Assembly (NCBI GenBank): GCA_020536535.1
Contig: JAHLWZ010000861.1
Span: 5,813-69,812, forward strand
Reading direction: 5' to 3'
Length of the DNA: 64,000 bases
Source: Pelomyxa schiedti
Lineage: Eukaryota; Protista; Evosea
The position numbers and the translations under genes were made by a program. Below the pieces are notes generated by a model, which was not told the origin of the DNA, ran no database searches, and saw nothing but the letters and a program-made list of their open reading frames with translations. Of this stretch, positions 15,229-29,232 are shown in pieces (position 1 is the stretch's first letter; each line of letters begins with the position of its first letter).

Positions 15229-17552
15229 ATGTCGGTGCTGCGGCCAGGCCAACAAGGTAGTACCGCAAACGGTGTCAGTACCACGGTCCAGTCGCACGTA
15301 CCGCCAAGATCTACGCTGCCGCCTGTGCCCCCGCCATCGGCCGCCGCGATCGCAATTCCGCCGCCGCCTTTAGATCCCGTTGTAATGAGAGGAACACCCA
15401 CCAGCGGAATTGTGGGAGGCGGCGGCGAGTTGACGCGAGTCGCGTCGCAGCCGGAATTTCCACTCGGGCAAGTGCGGAGCAGCACGACCGACAGCATCAA
15501 TGACATGCCCGATAAAGGCAAGCTGGTGAGGTCGCGTAGCGTGAGCACCAGCGTGCGCATACCAAAGCCGGACCAGCCGAACCAAGGCAGAGGCCCGCCG
15601 TTGCCAAACATACCTTCCTCGCTGCTGAGGAAAACGGGGCTGAGCTTTCTATCGCACGGGCACACGCAACTGCCTGCCGAGCCCGCGACTCCTCGGCCAA
15701 TCGCGGTTTCTATGCAATCATCACCTCCTTCGCCTGGGAGCGAGAAACATTTTGCATTTCCGTGGAAGAAACACCGCAACGCGCTTCCTTCTTCAACTCC
15801 CTTGATGTCGGCTGGATCCGATGGGAGTGGCAGCGAGCTTGTGGGAGACAGTGCGGACGATAGCTCGTCATCAGATAGTGATGACAGCGAGAGTACTGGT
15901 CTTACAGAAGACCCCGGTGATGGTACTCCTGACGTAGATGGAACAAAGAAAAAGAAAATACACAAAGCCTCCAGCATGTTTTCTTTGATGGCGCATCTGA
16001 AGCACAACAGTGGCAGTTCCAGTTCACCTGTACTTGCCGTAAGAAAGGACTCCGATTGTGACTCCCTCACCCCTGTGGTTCCATCTCCAACAACAACACA
16101 CCCACGCCATTTAAAGCCATCCACCCCACTTCCACCAACACCAAAGCGTTCAAATTCCCCCGTTCCTGAAAATGGCACCCAACCTGATCAACCTGCATCT
16201 GAAAACTGTGCGTAATGCGACTCGTTGTTTGTGTTTTTGTAATCTAATACTCAACAGTTCACCACCACCACAAAAAAGCGAGTGACAGCTTTAGAACCTT
16301 AAGGGGAACCCACAACATGCCCCTACCACCACTTCCTCCACAGCGTTCATCTTCTCCACCCCCACTCCCATCAGCCCGACATGCTCCTCCGGAGCATCCT
16401 CTTCCAACACCACCATCTAACAAGGAAACTGCCGCACAACACTCGCATGTTCCGCCAGCACAACCCCCACCTCCACCACCGAAATCGAAAAATCAATCCA
16501 TAGATCAAGACCAATCATCCACCGACGAATCTTCTCCTATGACACCACCAACTACTCCACCTCTGGACGAAGCTTCAACATCTCCAACTCCCAAACATAA
16601 ACCAGGCCTCCTTCGCCGATTAAGTCACAGTTCTCTCAAGAAAGGCAAAAAAAAGCAAGGAAACAAGCCGGTATTTCTCCCTTACTGCACTTTCTGTCAG
16701 AAAATAAAGTTCATAGGCCGCGGATTCCCTCGACGCACTGGAGAATAGCAACATCGTTGTGGACATCTTTCACAAAGCGATTGTCGAAGTAACCTACCTA
16801 TTGGAGACAGACCAAATTCCTAAATGGCAAAACCGGCAACGTGTAAATAAAAACCTAGGTTACTAGCTTCCAAGTGCTCATTGCATTCAACTGGTTTAGA
16901 TGTACCCACCAGTATAACGCTACAAGCAATATTTGAAAATCCCCCATGGCTACTCTCTTTCAAGGAGTTTGTGGACAACGAATTTGCTGCAGAGAGTATG
17001 CTCACCCTCCCAAACTTTATGTATCAACTTTTTGTTGCAGACTTGAGCTTTGTTCGTGAGGTTAACACTCTACAACTTTCTGTCAAGAAACTAGATGAAG
17101 TATGACTTGCTGTAGTTACTTCTTATCTAATTATATTTAGTTTCAAATAGATCACGAGCTAAAGCGGATATGCAAAAAATATATCAACGAAGAATCTCAG
17201 ATGGTTCCTTCTCCACAAACTTCCGCTCTTCTGACACACCGAAAACATGCAGGAAGTTAACATTTCCTCTGATGTTCGCATGGATATCAAGCAAACTATC
17301 TATGGCACTAGCGAACCCTCCACGCCAGATAGTGGGACACCCGACATTCCACCTCCGGCACTCCCCACAACCACCGCAATATCGTCAACGGCATCCTCCA
17401 CAGCCACAGCCTCACTGATTGACATACCGCCCCCTACACTCACCCTCCAAATCCCGCCACCAGACATCACAGATGCCGAATTCATCGAAATTTGCTCCGC
17501 CGACATTCCACCGCCTCCACTCCCAGCCTCATCAAGTGGCTCACTACTATGA
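15229..17552 (+). CDS. Proline/serine-rich protein with an RGS domain (apparently permuted)
   Basis: TLQAIFENPPWLLSFKEFVDNEFAAENLSF...AKRICKKYI...EVNISSDVRMDI matches RGS helices 1-6. Confidence 0.75.
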
Positions 17553-18005
17553 ACACACCCCACCAGTCACACATCACGCAGCCGCACCTTCATGCACCTT
17601 CGTCTTCATCCACGTATGTTTATTTAGTGTCTGTACAAAACTGTTTCTCTAACTTATGCCCCTAATGAAAACAATTTTTGGAAGTTCCATTGGAACGGCA
17701 CATAAGTAAGAGTCATCAGAACAACACTCAGCGAGGACTAAAGTGGTCTAAAAACAGACCTCAGTGTACCTGTTGTCGCAAAAAACCGAAAAGTGTGTCA
17801 GTTTGAGGTCTATGTGGACCAAACAATGTTGGTGCATAGGGACGTGACACTGGAATCACTAACCGGAGCACTTCTCTTGCTGTAGACTTGCCCTTGAGAA
17901 AAAAAGAAGGAAGATATGTTTCTTTTAGTGGTGGTTCTCGATAGTCCTACAATACAACAGACAGTTAAGAGAAGAGGCCTGAAAACTGCAAATCTTTCCC
18001 ACCGG

Positions 18006-18677
18006 TCAGTTCTTGTTGTGATACAGAATCCTGCAAGCCTCTGTGAGGGGAACATCCTCCAAAGCAGGAACGGGATCATCGACATTGGAGGGATCAACTA
18101 CGGCGAGGGTGCTTGCGGAATTTGGCGAGTGTGACTCATTGCGGTGCTCATCTTTATGTGGGATGTATCAGGGGGATGTGAGGATGTAGGAAGAAGAAAC
18201 CGGTGTAAGTTCTCCACGAGTGCATGGGTTCCACGTGGCTGAGAACAATGCCGTGGTAATATATAAGAATGAAGAAAAAGGAAACACAGAGCCAGCTAGG
18301 TACAGCTAAGGCCCAGTACCTGTTGATAGTACTTCAGAAAAATAAAAACAAGAAACAAACAGTGTGCATACTTATCCGGAAGCAGTTGCTTAGCAATTGA
18401 CTCCAAATGCAGGGCTCTCCAGGCCGCATCAGGCACATAAGCAAGCACCAGGTAGCAAACTAAATGATGGGTTCGGGCGTAAGTTAATTCCACAACAACA
18501 CACTAAAACGAGGAGCCCCCGCCCCCCAGTGTTTGTACTGATATTCATTTGGATTCACAAGGTCAAAACAAACACACCGAGTGCAACCGACGTTGTTATC
18601 CACGCCACGAACCCATAAGTCTCAATGTACACTCCCCCTGCTGTCTTGGCCTTGCCCACGGTGATACTACCGTCCAT
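18006..18677 (-). CDS. PIGP: GPI-GlcNAc transferase subunit PIG-P
   Basis: Four exons give ETYGFVAWI...YLVLAYVPDAAW...LPDKYWALAVPSW...VPALEDVPLTEACRILY*. The ORF track misses the full model. Confidence 0.85.
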
Positions 18678-18970
18678 CTACTGCCCTTTCTTCTACGAAC
18701 CGCTGTTACTCCCACCCCCGTTGCGGAACAAAAGCCACACGTGGCAGAATAAAAAAAACACCAGACCGCCGATCCTGAGCTACGATAACAGAAATGACAG
18801 CGTCTGTTGATAATTTTCCGCAAGGTTGTTTGTTGCGAAACAGTCTGTGTCTGCTCAGAGATTACAGCTACGGTGTCGAGTTGGGCCAACGAACGCCACA
18901 CCACTCATTTGGGGTGTCATTGTTTTCCTGGCCCAGATTGAAGCATTATCACTCACGACGAATCGATTAC

Positions 18971-19084
18971 ATGACGGACGTAGCAGAGGTGGCACGGGTT
19001 CTCGGTGTTCTGTACGCGCCCGATACAGAGGCCAACACCAACAACAATACCGACCTAAGGCAGGCACCACTCCCCTGCTTTTGT

Positions 19085-19120
<36 letters not shown>

Positions 19121-22100
19121 CCCTTGGGAGGGCGTTTTCTGTTTCCCCAAGATACCCGACACGCGCCTTTTACCTGTTTTTTTTTTTTTCCCCGGCAGGA
19201 GACAAGCCAACGAGTGGCTGGTTGGGTTCCGGTCGCAGGCGTGCGCGTGGGACGTGAGCGTGAGGCTGCTGCACCACGCGGACGAGTGGGCCCAGCACTT
19301 TGGTGCGTCGACGCTGCAGCACAAGCTGGAGACAGAGTGGGCCGCGATACCAGGCGCCTCGCGGGCCTCGTTGATCGCCACGTTGGCCACCAATTTGCAA
19401 GTGATCTCGGAGGGTACTTTTTTTCGAATCTTGGATTTGTTGTGTATGTTAACATGACAATTGATTGAAATAGAAAGGGCTTCTAGGGCTGTGATCACGA
19501 GGCTCAGTGTGGCACTGGGCACCGCCCTGTTGTTAAGCATATCAGAACAACCCAGCGTTGATGGTGACACTACTATTGTGCAAATGTTGCAACAATCCTC
19601 TGTCACGACACTTTTCACGGATTTAATGACCCTCACAAGTAAGTTCCTGGAAATTCCTTATTATTTTGAATAAAAATAATAATTATTTTTTTTTACCTGT
19701 TCCTCCTCACGCGGTAGCAAGGTCTCCCCGAGCTTCTCAATTCGTTGACCCAGTTAAGTGAACAAAAACGCCTACTTGCTGAACGCCACTTGTGTCACAA
19801 CGCACATCAAGTACTTTCCTTCATTCAGTTCTGGTTCTCAAACATGAATTCTTGCTCTCAACCTCAAGTTTTACTATCGCACCTATTGAAGTATATCCCA
19901 TCCTCCAATAAAACAACCACAATACTGAGCCTCCACAAGATGTGTATTAAGTTGGGTGAAGCTTCCTGTGTCATTTCAGGTTCCGCTGTTGTATACTTAT
20001 ATAAAGGAATTTGAACAGTGTGCAGGTTGTTAGCGCCTCTGGAACATTAGATTTCTTGTACCACTGTTTGGGAGAACCCACGCTATTTATCAGTGCATGT
20101 GAAGTATGTAAGTAGTCTATGTTTGTGAATTGTAATCACTCACTAGAACTAGGCATTGTCAGAGGTTGTGGAGTTTCAAAACCAGATTCACCAGTATCCC
20201 ATCATTGCCACATCAATTATTACTCGTATGGTTAACATGCGGGAAAGCCTGTTGCAACCCGTTGCAGCAATTGGTGTGATCAACATCGATAAGACGAGCA
20301 ATAGAGCAGGGTCTGGTACTACACGATGTTGCGTGTGTTCAAAGCGTTCCAGTGGGAGTATAATTGGCGGCGGTGTTGACACAACTAGTCACCCAGCTAT
20401 AGCTGTTTCTCAAATGCTAGGCACCCTCGGAAGTAACCAGGCCAGCTTAATATTATCCAGCAGTGTGGGAGGACATTTCTTTGACATGATAATGTATTGC
20501 GCGTCTTGCAGCTTCTGGAAAGTGGTGGAGACAACATTTTCCTTTTGGCAGGAGCTGCAGATTATTGCAATGGGAACTGATGCATGTGATGGAGCTTGGA
20601 TAGGCGATGATTCTGAGGAGAAGGAAGAGGAGTCTGACAACGAAACCCGTGCTGTTGTCATAAGACTATTTGGTCAGAAGCTTCAGACACTTGTATCGAT
20701 TCTTTTTAAACAGTGCATTTTTCCCTGCTACGTAGAATCTGAGTGGGATGACGAAGGCTTTGAAGTTTTTGAGACTTTCAGATCCCAAGTTGGGACTACA
20801 CTTTTATATTTGCACAGCATACTTGGTTCTGTTGTACCTTCAGAGATTGCCAAGTTCAATGTTGATCCTGCAGAAACATGCTGCTGCGACTTCACTCAAA
20901 TTTCAACCTGTAAATGCGGTGGTTCTTGGAGGTGCTATGAGGCAAAATTTTACTGCTTGAGTTCTATTGCTGAAGGATTATCCAAAAATGAAGCCGAGCA
21001 ATTGTTGCCCGTTCTTTTTCAGTGTATTGAACAACTTTTTTCTCCGCAGTCATATACTGCAGTTCCTCCTCTTCTTATCAGGAGTATTGTCAATTTTGTG
21101 TCTGCCTATTCCATGTGGTTGAGCTATATCCCTCAAGCTGTTCTATACAGTGTAGGAGTACTGTTGAAGATTCTACAAAACGGAGGCACTGTTCCATTTT
21201 GGGGAAGTTTACCTCAACTGGCAGCTGATACCCTCTCACTACTTGTATCTCGTAAAGAAAATGCACGTGCTGTGGCAAGTCAATTGAAAAACTTTACAGA
21301 TTCGTGCCTTGCAGCACTCAATTCACATACACAACAGTCTACAAGTTACCAGCTCCGTTCATCAGTAATGAATTCAATTTGCAGAGCGGTCAGGGAGCTT
21401 CCACCCTCCAGCCCTTTGTGCATTGAATATGTGAGCTACCTCTTCGAGCCACTTATCAAGGAACTTGAATCACTAAAACAGTCAATTTCCACAACATCTT
21501 CTGAGACTACCAACGTAAATCTTCTCCTTCAGCACCAACTGATTGTTATGAACTTGGTAACGAACGGATTTAAGCTACTTGATTGGACTCAAGAAGAATT
21601 GTTGTCTACCCCGTGTCCTATTCAACACCCGCTATTATCGTACTTTGAGCGTACATACACAGGAGTGTTTGAATTTGTGAAAGTTGTGGGTCTTTCCAGC
21701 CCTTTAGCCGAAGAGGTGAGGAAAGGAATGGCATCTTTTTTTAGGCACTCTTTGCTGTGTTTGTCAGAAAGCAGTATAGCTTCTCTCCATCACGTCATAG
21801 AATGTCTGCTTTGGATCTTTGAAAATACCCTTGATAGTTCAGCTCTGAGCCCACTGGGTGTGGCAGCTGGAATTCTCAAGGAATCGAAGATGAAAAAATG
21901 GTTTGCTTTATTGCAAAAGCAACCGGACCCACAGCAAATTAACTATGCGCGACAATGCTTTTCTATCACAATGGAGAGAGTTACAGCAGTTTACTGTAAA
22001 CTCCTTATTAATGGTAGTTTTCCACATGACCACCCTCAGGATGTAAAGGAGGTCATGTCACTGGGCTCTCAGGTAGTATTATTATTATGTTTGTTTTATC

Positions 22101-22806
22101 CTCATTTCAGTCTTAGATAGTTTCGTGCCAGCCGGCAGCCTGCTTTGGTGGTATTAGCATCCACCATTTTTTTGAAGCTGCTCTTCGCTCAATCACCGCC
22201 ACACAAGCGGCTGCTGTTACAAGTGTCTTTAAGTGAGCCGGATCAATCAAGTTTAAGTTAACTCCGCACAGATTCCTGGGTCTGTTTGTGAACCATGCGA
22301 AAATCTTTATGGATGGGGCTTGCCTCTCTACCTTACTCATTCCTCACGGAGTTGAACTAGCAACCATGCTAGTTTCCACTACCTCCGGATCACTGCCAAG
22401 GAGTTTTGCTCCCCAAGTATTTTTCCGCTAGATTCTTATCCAGTTTAACTTACATCACCACAGATAACCTCCGTTTTCATTGAACTTGTGCGGTATGCAC
22501 GCCTTTTTTTTTTTCTTTCTTTAATTCCTTTTCTTTCTGCTCCCTCACATAAAATACCCACATTGCAGGGCTGTACCTAATGAGTTCCGCGGGTGGTTGC
22601 AGACAGTTCTATCACCCCCTGACTTCCCGTACCCCCACATCACACCCGCTCACAAAGTGCAGTTCATTACCAGGTACCCCCCTACACCTTTTCTCCTTTT
22701 GCCTCACTTATTCCTTCATAGTGTATTCACCTCCGCTCCGCGTAGTTCCCAGTCCCTGCAGTCCGTTATTGAGCAGTTCTATTGCCTATGCCGGCAAATA
22801 CCATGA
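18971..22806 (+). CDS. Importin-beta family karyopherin (importin-13/transportin-3-like)
   Basis: N-terminal VLYAP...ANEWLVGFRSQACAWDVSVRLL...QHFGASTLQHKL (IBN_N), DDEGFEVFETFRSQV and SWRCYEAKFYCLSSIAE. Confidence 0.8.
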
Positions 22807-23092
22807 ACAAAAAAGGAAGCCCTGTTTCGGCATTGCAAAGAAGACAAGGAGAAAAAAAAAAAATCCTCTTTCTATTTTGTTTCTACTGGTACACAGAAAA
22901 CTGTTAATCAGTCTTCTGGGTTGTACCTCTTGTTTTTGTTTGGGGTTTTTCCTTTTTTTTTTTTTTATTTATTTGTATTTTGGTGTGTTATTCTACAGGA
23001 GTTATGATGGATTGTGCTAGCTATTTGGGTGAATTGTGTGGGTACCCACACAGATATTGCCGTAATCCGTAATTGTACAAGGTGCAAATGAA

Positions 23093-24442
23093 TCACTGGT
23101 CATCCCCGAGGTATTCATCCTCGTCGCCGTCAGAGGGACAGTAGTCGCTGGTCTTTCCGTGTAGGCCAAATGATGCGCTCAGATTCAATGACGGCGAGGC
23201 GGAGACTTCACTGCTGCCGATGAGGTCGTTGTGTACTCCGCCGGCTGTTGTATCACCCGCGGCCGCAGGAGTATTCCGGGTTCTAAGAGTCATAACAAAT
23301 CCAGGCAAGTTTGTGTGGCCCAGCTCCAGTGCGAGCTGGAAGCAGTTCTGGCCGTCGTTGTTGACAATCTGGGGGCTCGCACCGCACGCTAAAAGCATTC
23401 GTGATGTGTGGAGTGAGCAGTCTTCCCGCACACCCCAATGAAGCGGTGTATCGCCGTTTTCGTCCTGGGAAGTTGAAGTTAGCTCAGGACAAAAGGGGTA
23501 AAAAGGTACCTGCGCATTTATGAATGCGCCGTTTTGCAGAAGCATTTTAATAATGTTCTCGTTTCTGTTTGCGGCCGCGATGTGAAGAGGGGTAACGCCA
23601 TCTATGTTGGGAATATTTGGGTCTGCACCTGCCGCCAATAGCATGGCACAAACGTCAACATTACTGAAGGTGCATGCGGTAAGGAGGGGAGTGTTGCCAA
23701 TATAATTTTGTCTATTCACCTCATGATGGGAAGGCCAATTCGTTCTGTCAGAAGTGGCGAAGGTTTGAGTTTGGTGTTCTGGATAGGTGTTGAGAGTCAT
23801 GTTTTGTATATCAGGGAGGATGCTGTTGAGGTTTGTTGGAAGCTCGGTGGGTGCAAAGGAATTTCCTGTTACTTGCTGTAGAATCTTGGTCACAGCAGCG
23901 TTGTCGCCTCTTGTGATAGAGGAAATTAGCGCTGTATCTCCCTCTGGCCCAATTCTAGTTGTACTCTCAGAAGCGTTGAGAATAGCCTCTTTTCCTGGTG
24001 TTAAAGCATCATAAGAAAAAGAGCCGGCTACCTTCAGTCTGCGGTCTTGAGGAGGGGAGAAATTCTACTGTGACTGGCTCTTCTTGGACGAATGAATCTT
24101 TCCGTGGCGAATTGTACGTAAGTTGGCTTCCCAGTAATATGGATGCCAAACTAGGGGTGCTTTGTAGTCTTGGGGCTTCTTTAGCCGGTGTGCAGGAAAC
24201 ACCTTGGCTGATTGAGAACGTTTTGAATGTTGGTTACTTAATAAGAATAAGAGGCAAACCTGTAAACTTCATAGGGGTGCCTGCAAGGAAAAAAGAGCCT
24301 GCAGAGGCACATCAGCTATGAAGAAAGACACGTGTTGGAACATACCGGGATCATGTGGCTGAGAGAAAAACCGTGGGTCGACCCGCTGAAACGCAAACGA
24401 GTCGCCGAAACTGGACGAAGTCGGTTGATTCGCAACCAGCAT
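23093..24442 (-). CDS. Ankyrin-repeat protein
   Basis: GNTPLLTAC, GVTPLHIAA and GDTPLHWGV repeats with LLxxGAxxN linkers. Start approximate. Confidence 0.8.
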
Positions 24443-25206
24443 CGTCTTCGTACTTGTGGGACGCTCGGCTCCGACTTTCACTCAAAAATGAGGGTTGTGC
24501 GGTTGTAATGGGGGAAAAAAAAAACAAAGAGGACGCCGGTGAGAAGTCCGTGTGAGACACGGGTGTTGTTGGGAGATCTGGTGTCGTTGTTCCGGTGGCA
24601 GGGGGTGTGTTGGTGTCGCGTGTGGGGGTTGAAGCCCTTTTTTTTAAGTTTCTCTTGCTGTAAATCTCTGGTTTTTCTCTTGCCGCGACATTCTGGTTAG
24701 GATCAAGTTAGAAATTGTGAGAAATTAACAAGAAGACCTTTGAAGGCTGTACAGATCAAATCAACAGGCAACTGCTGCCTCTGGGGATGTAAATGGAAGG
24801 TAGTTTTGTTGATACATCAGTGTACCTTTTCACAACAATTTCTCTTTCTGAGACTTCAGGCTGATTCACACTGATGGCCCAATGGTATCTACAGCCACTA
24901 GAAGAGGAGGGCGTGCCGATTAAGCTTACACAAAACTGAAGTTCCTCATGATGGGGCTTCTCCGAAGGTTCCAATTGGTAGTGTTTAACTAACTTCACCG
25001 GAATTTTGCACAAAAACAAACATTTACCGGCACGTTTGGGGAACAAGCGGCCACGTGATCAAGGTGTTAGGATCTAGATCCGGAACGAAACACGCGTTAG
25101 TAACGCAAGGATGAACGGTGCAAATAGAAAGGTAGTCATTGTCTTGTTGGTGCCGTGCATTTTTTTTTTACGTGTCTTCCGTTGTACGTTGCACCACTTT
25201 TTTTTT

Positions 25207-26630
25207 ATGCCCGTCGTTAAAAAGCTACCGCATTTGTAGGTAAATCGACCGCAAGTTACAAGTGCAGTGACGTCTACCGTTTCTGCCAATAAAGTTGTTG
25301 TGCGGGTCACACAGCCCGACAACAAAGCGGCCCATGCGCCGCAGGTGGCTCGCATTGCAAAGCTCAATGCCAAGCATCACCTCATGCAGCAGAACAACAG
25401 CACCGTTAATGAAGTTGATTTTGATGATCCTCAAGCTATAAAAGGTATTTCTTTGTCCATTCCACGGTGTTTAGCCTCCGTTACAACTTTCCGTAGACTC
25501 TACAAGAGGCCCAACGAGGAAAACCCAGAGGGCGGTTTACCATGCCGTTCCTCTCAGGACAATGCACAATAAGCTTCCCCATTCTCCCGCATGCCAGCAA
25601 CCTCCCGTCTTACCGGAGAAAAGAGCTGCAACGTCGAGAACACGCTCGGTTTCCCCCCCTTCCAGAGATATGACTCCTCCTCCAATTAAGCGTTGCGCAA
25701 CACCGAATTGTGGTATGCTTTTTCTGCTGTTATCTAAACCAATATTTTTGCAGACAAACCTTCAAGAACCAAAAGGCCGAAAACAGATCCAATTGTAATT
25801 AAGTGTATATACTCCTCGCTGCAATCAATGATTATACTAATATGCTTTCAGCACAACTTGCCGCTCTGCGTAATGAAAGAGAGACAATATCTTCTCAAAT
25901 AGATGGTCTTATAAACCTTTCGCATCAACATACTCCCACCATTCTACGTCAGATCCAGAAGTTGAATGGTAATATCCTCAAACTTACAAGAAATTTCTCA
26001 AGATATTGCAGAGGATGATGAATGGTTGTTTGCAGAAAGTACTTTGCTTACCTGGATGCTGCAAGCAACACAGAGCGAGCAAGAGGAGAAGCATACCTGT
26101 AGCAACGCAGTGAACCATACAGCACCGCTTGAGCCACCTACCCCGCCTCCACCCACCACACCCCCAGCAACGCCACCAAACATCAACTCTTCTCCAATGC
26201 AGTACATCTCCGCATCCACACTCACACCACAAACATCACCTTCCTGTAGTTCAACATCCCCAACACTCACAACAACCCCTTCACCCTCCTCACCCAGTTC
26301 ACCCAATACCCCAAGCGGCACCCAATTTACAACAGACTGCGACACACCCACGTCGCCGCAGCTGTGCCATACGTCATCCACAACAACCGCTACCACTACA
26401 TCAATACGCCACCACACCGCCATAATACCCACGCACTTCTCCACACCCATCACGCCGCATCACAACCCCATCCTACCCCCAGTCCCCAGCATCACAGCAC
26501 AGCTGGAAAACACCTGCTGTGGTGTAGTTTTGCTTCCGCCACCCCCGCCACACTGGGCAACCCAACCTCAGCCACTTACTTACTCCTAAGGGGGAGGTTC
26601 TCCATTCACCATCAGTCATCCAACTCCTAA
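25207..26630 (+). CDS. Hypothetical protein with a coiled-coil-like middle and Pro/Ser/Thr-rich C-terminus
   Basis: Successive + strand ORFs are linked by GT-AG introns. No recognised domain, and boundaries are uncertain. Confidence 0.45.
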
Positions 26631-26790
26631 ATACACCACGATTTTACTTTGTGGCTAATGTGGTTGCCCTATTTAAGGTGCACACATTTATTGCAAAAAA
26701 AAAAAAAAAAAAAAAACCCAGAAAAACCAGCATTTTGGTTTAAAGTACATGTTTTTAGTTTACAGAAGACAAAGTATGGTTTTGGTTAGC

Positions 26791-27917
26791 TTAGGCTTCA
26801 TCCCCAAGAATTAGTTTTGCCCTCATACCATGTCCTTGCTTGAGGCACAGTGCAGGATAAACTGTGGTACCGGGTGTGTACTTGGTGCTGTGCCCATTTA
26901 TAGTCACAGTGTGAGGATCTGTGTCAAGCACAATTCGGGCAGTCTTTTCCCCCAGTGCATTAGTTTTTTGAAACAGGGGGCAGGAGCCAAAATTGTTGCC
27001 ATACCTGCAATTTGTATTATGAGGAGGTTTAAAAAAAAAATGAAAAGGAAATCATACTCCGATCCCTTGCCGAGCTCAACTTCAGATAGATAAGTTATTC
27101 CGGCACCATGGTAGGTCATTTCCTGTACCCATTCGACTCTCCACTTGTGGATTCCGCGACTGGAAGGGAAGCCACGCGTGCCAATAAGAACAGGCATGGA
27201 GCAGGTACCAGAGTCATGGTACCCATCGGTGACCACTGTGTTACCTTCTTCCAGGAGATAATGGCAGTACTTCCCATTGAATACCGGGTCCCAGGTCCAG
27301 CTTTGCAGAGGTTCCTAAGTGGCGCAGTTACATTAGTCAACCCCCTGAAATCCTGGGTTGTCATACCGGAGCATTCACTTGAGTCTTGAAGTGTAAAAAC
27401 AACTTTGTTTCATCTGGTATACAGTCAGGATCAAATGCCACCACCACTCCATCGCCATCAAGAAAGCTAGCACTCTGCCATGAGAATAAAATGTCTCAAT
27501 AACAAATAAACAGATAATAAAAAAAAAAAAAAAAAGGATCTAGCAAAAAGTGGAATAGCTATTCACTGTGTGTGTAATATGTGGGTTGGTAACCAACAAG
27601 CCCAATGGCACAAAAACAACACAAATAACACAAATAACACGCACCGAGTGTAACTTGTCATAGTCTATTCCGAATTCGGCAAACACGGTGCGCAGTAGCA
27701 CCTTGGGCTTGGTGCCAGGGTACACCCGCACCCTCTGCTTGGCGCCCCCGTGATAAAACACAATCACCTTCCCCACTTCCGCATTATGGGCGCTGCTGGC
27801 CGTCACTGCCCTGGACGCCGCCGTCGACGACGACGCGGGTGCCTGCCTCGACGCGGTTGTTGTTGTTGTTGGCGCAGCGGGTGGGGGCGGTGCCGACGAC
27901 GAGGACGTGATACCCAT
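26791..27917 (-). CDS. Putative N-myristoylated protein with SPRY/B30.2-like domain
   Basis: MGITSSS start; WTWDP...LIGTRGFPSSRGIHKWRVEW...GAGIT...VYPALCL fits the SPRY-like pattern. Confidence 0.6.
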
Positions 27918-27947
27918 TGGGCCAACACAAATTCTTGTTTCTCAAAT

Positions 27948-29232
27948 TTACAAGTTGGGTGCTGTGAATGTCAGGGGGTACTGATCACGGAAGGGCGGGC
28001 TACTTGTGGTTGCTGTTGCTGTTGCTGTTGCTGTTGCGGTTGCGGTTGCGGTTGCGGTTGCGGTTGCGGTTGCGGTTGCGGCTGTGGGTGCGGCTGTGGG
28101 CGCGTTTGTGTGTGCGGCTGTGGGCGGGGTTGTGAGTGCGGCTGTGGTTGTGAGTGTGTGTCTGAGTGCGGTTGCGATTGCGTCTGTGTCGGTGGAAGTA
28201 TTAAACCAAGCGCCTGCCCGTTGCCCGGCGGCGCCGCTGCTGCTGCTGATAATGATAGAGAGGTATAGCAGAGCGGCAGTGGAAAAGAGCGCAGGTTTCT
28301 GGAAGGTTGTGAGTGTGTAATCAGTCTCGAAGGCTGGGATTACCTCCACAAAGTCTTGCCAGGGTGATGACTCAGTGTAAGGGTGTTGGCATGGGATGAT
28401 GACAGTGTTAACAACAGATGGATTCGGGGGCACTGTTCCTTCATGCAACAAGGCAGAAAGGCTGTGCGGAAAGTCGCAGGCAACGGGGTCTTCAGGTCCT
28501 CCTAAGTTGAGTTAAGTAACCCATCAAATAAAAAGATCTATACCTCCTCCACGATAAATATTTTGGAGCTCGCCCGCCACTTGGACAGTGTACTCTGCAC
28601 ACAAGAGGGATCAGTGCCAAGGGCTGAGATAACTGCAGTTAGGTAATTTGTTAAGAGAGTTCATATGCTTACCTATAAGATAGGGTGTGCAGACCCACAG
28701 CTCTTTCCAGCGAACAATTATCCTAAGTTTCAGCTCCAGGGATTCCACGACAGATTCATTTACCAGGCGTATCTCCATGGCAGAGGGATCGTTAGACTGC
28801 TCTGTGAGTGGAATTACCATTTGAAAGAAAAGTGTAAACAAACCGAATGAAACATAGAAGCCATTAACAAGGAGCATAGGCGAGATGAGTGTCCATGGGA
28901 ATGCGGAAAAATATACAGCAACTTTACCGCATCCCAGTGCATAATTAGTGACACAAGGATAGCGCCTAGGGTATACACCCGGATAGGAGTCTTCAATAAT
29001 ACATCCCAGCTCAATCAAGGTGTATGGGAGGAAAAATAAAAGGCTAGGCAATTGCAACACTTGTAGGTCAGGCTCATTTTCCCGGGACCACCCGGTCCGC
29101 TGCAGCGTTTCCACGATTCCGAGTTTATGTGCTCTATGGGAGACAGAAAATTAATTTAATTTAAAATAATCGCGAAGGAGATAGATAAAACGAGTAAGAC
29201 AAAGGGGAGCCGATAGAAAAGACGTACGACAT
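27948..29232 (-). CDS. Hypothetical protein (globular N-terminus, Thr/Ala-repeat tail)
   Basis: Spliceable exons MSAHKLGIVETLQRTGWSRENEPDLQ-LGCIIEDSYPGVYP...; family not recognised. Confidence 0.5.
28010..28082. repeat. (GCTGTT/GCGGTT)n hexamer repeat encoding a (TA)n peptide
   Basis: Seen directly. Confidence 0.85.

Noticed and set aside
24756-25046. 96-aa minus-strand ORF between the ankyrin gene and the next gene
   Set aside because: No ATG start, recognisable motif or clear splice partners.
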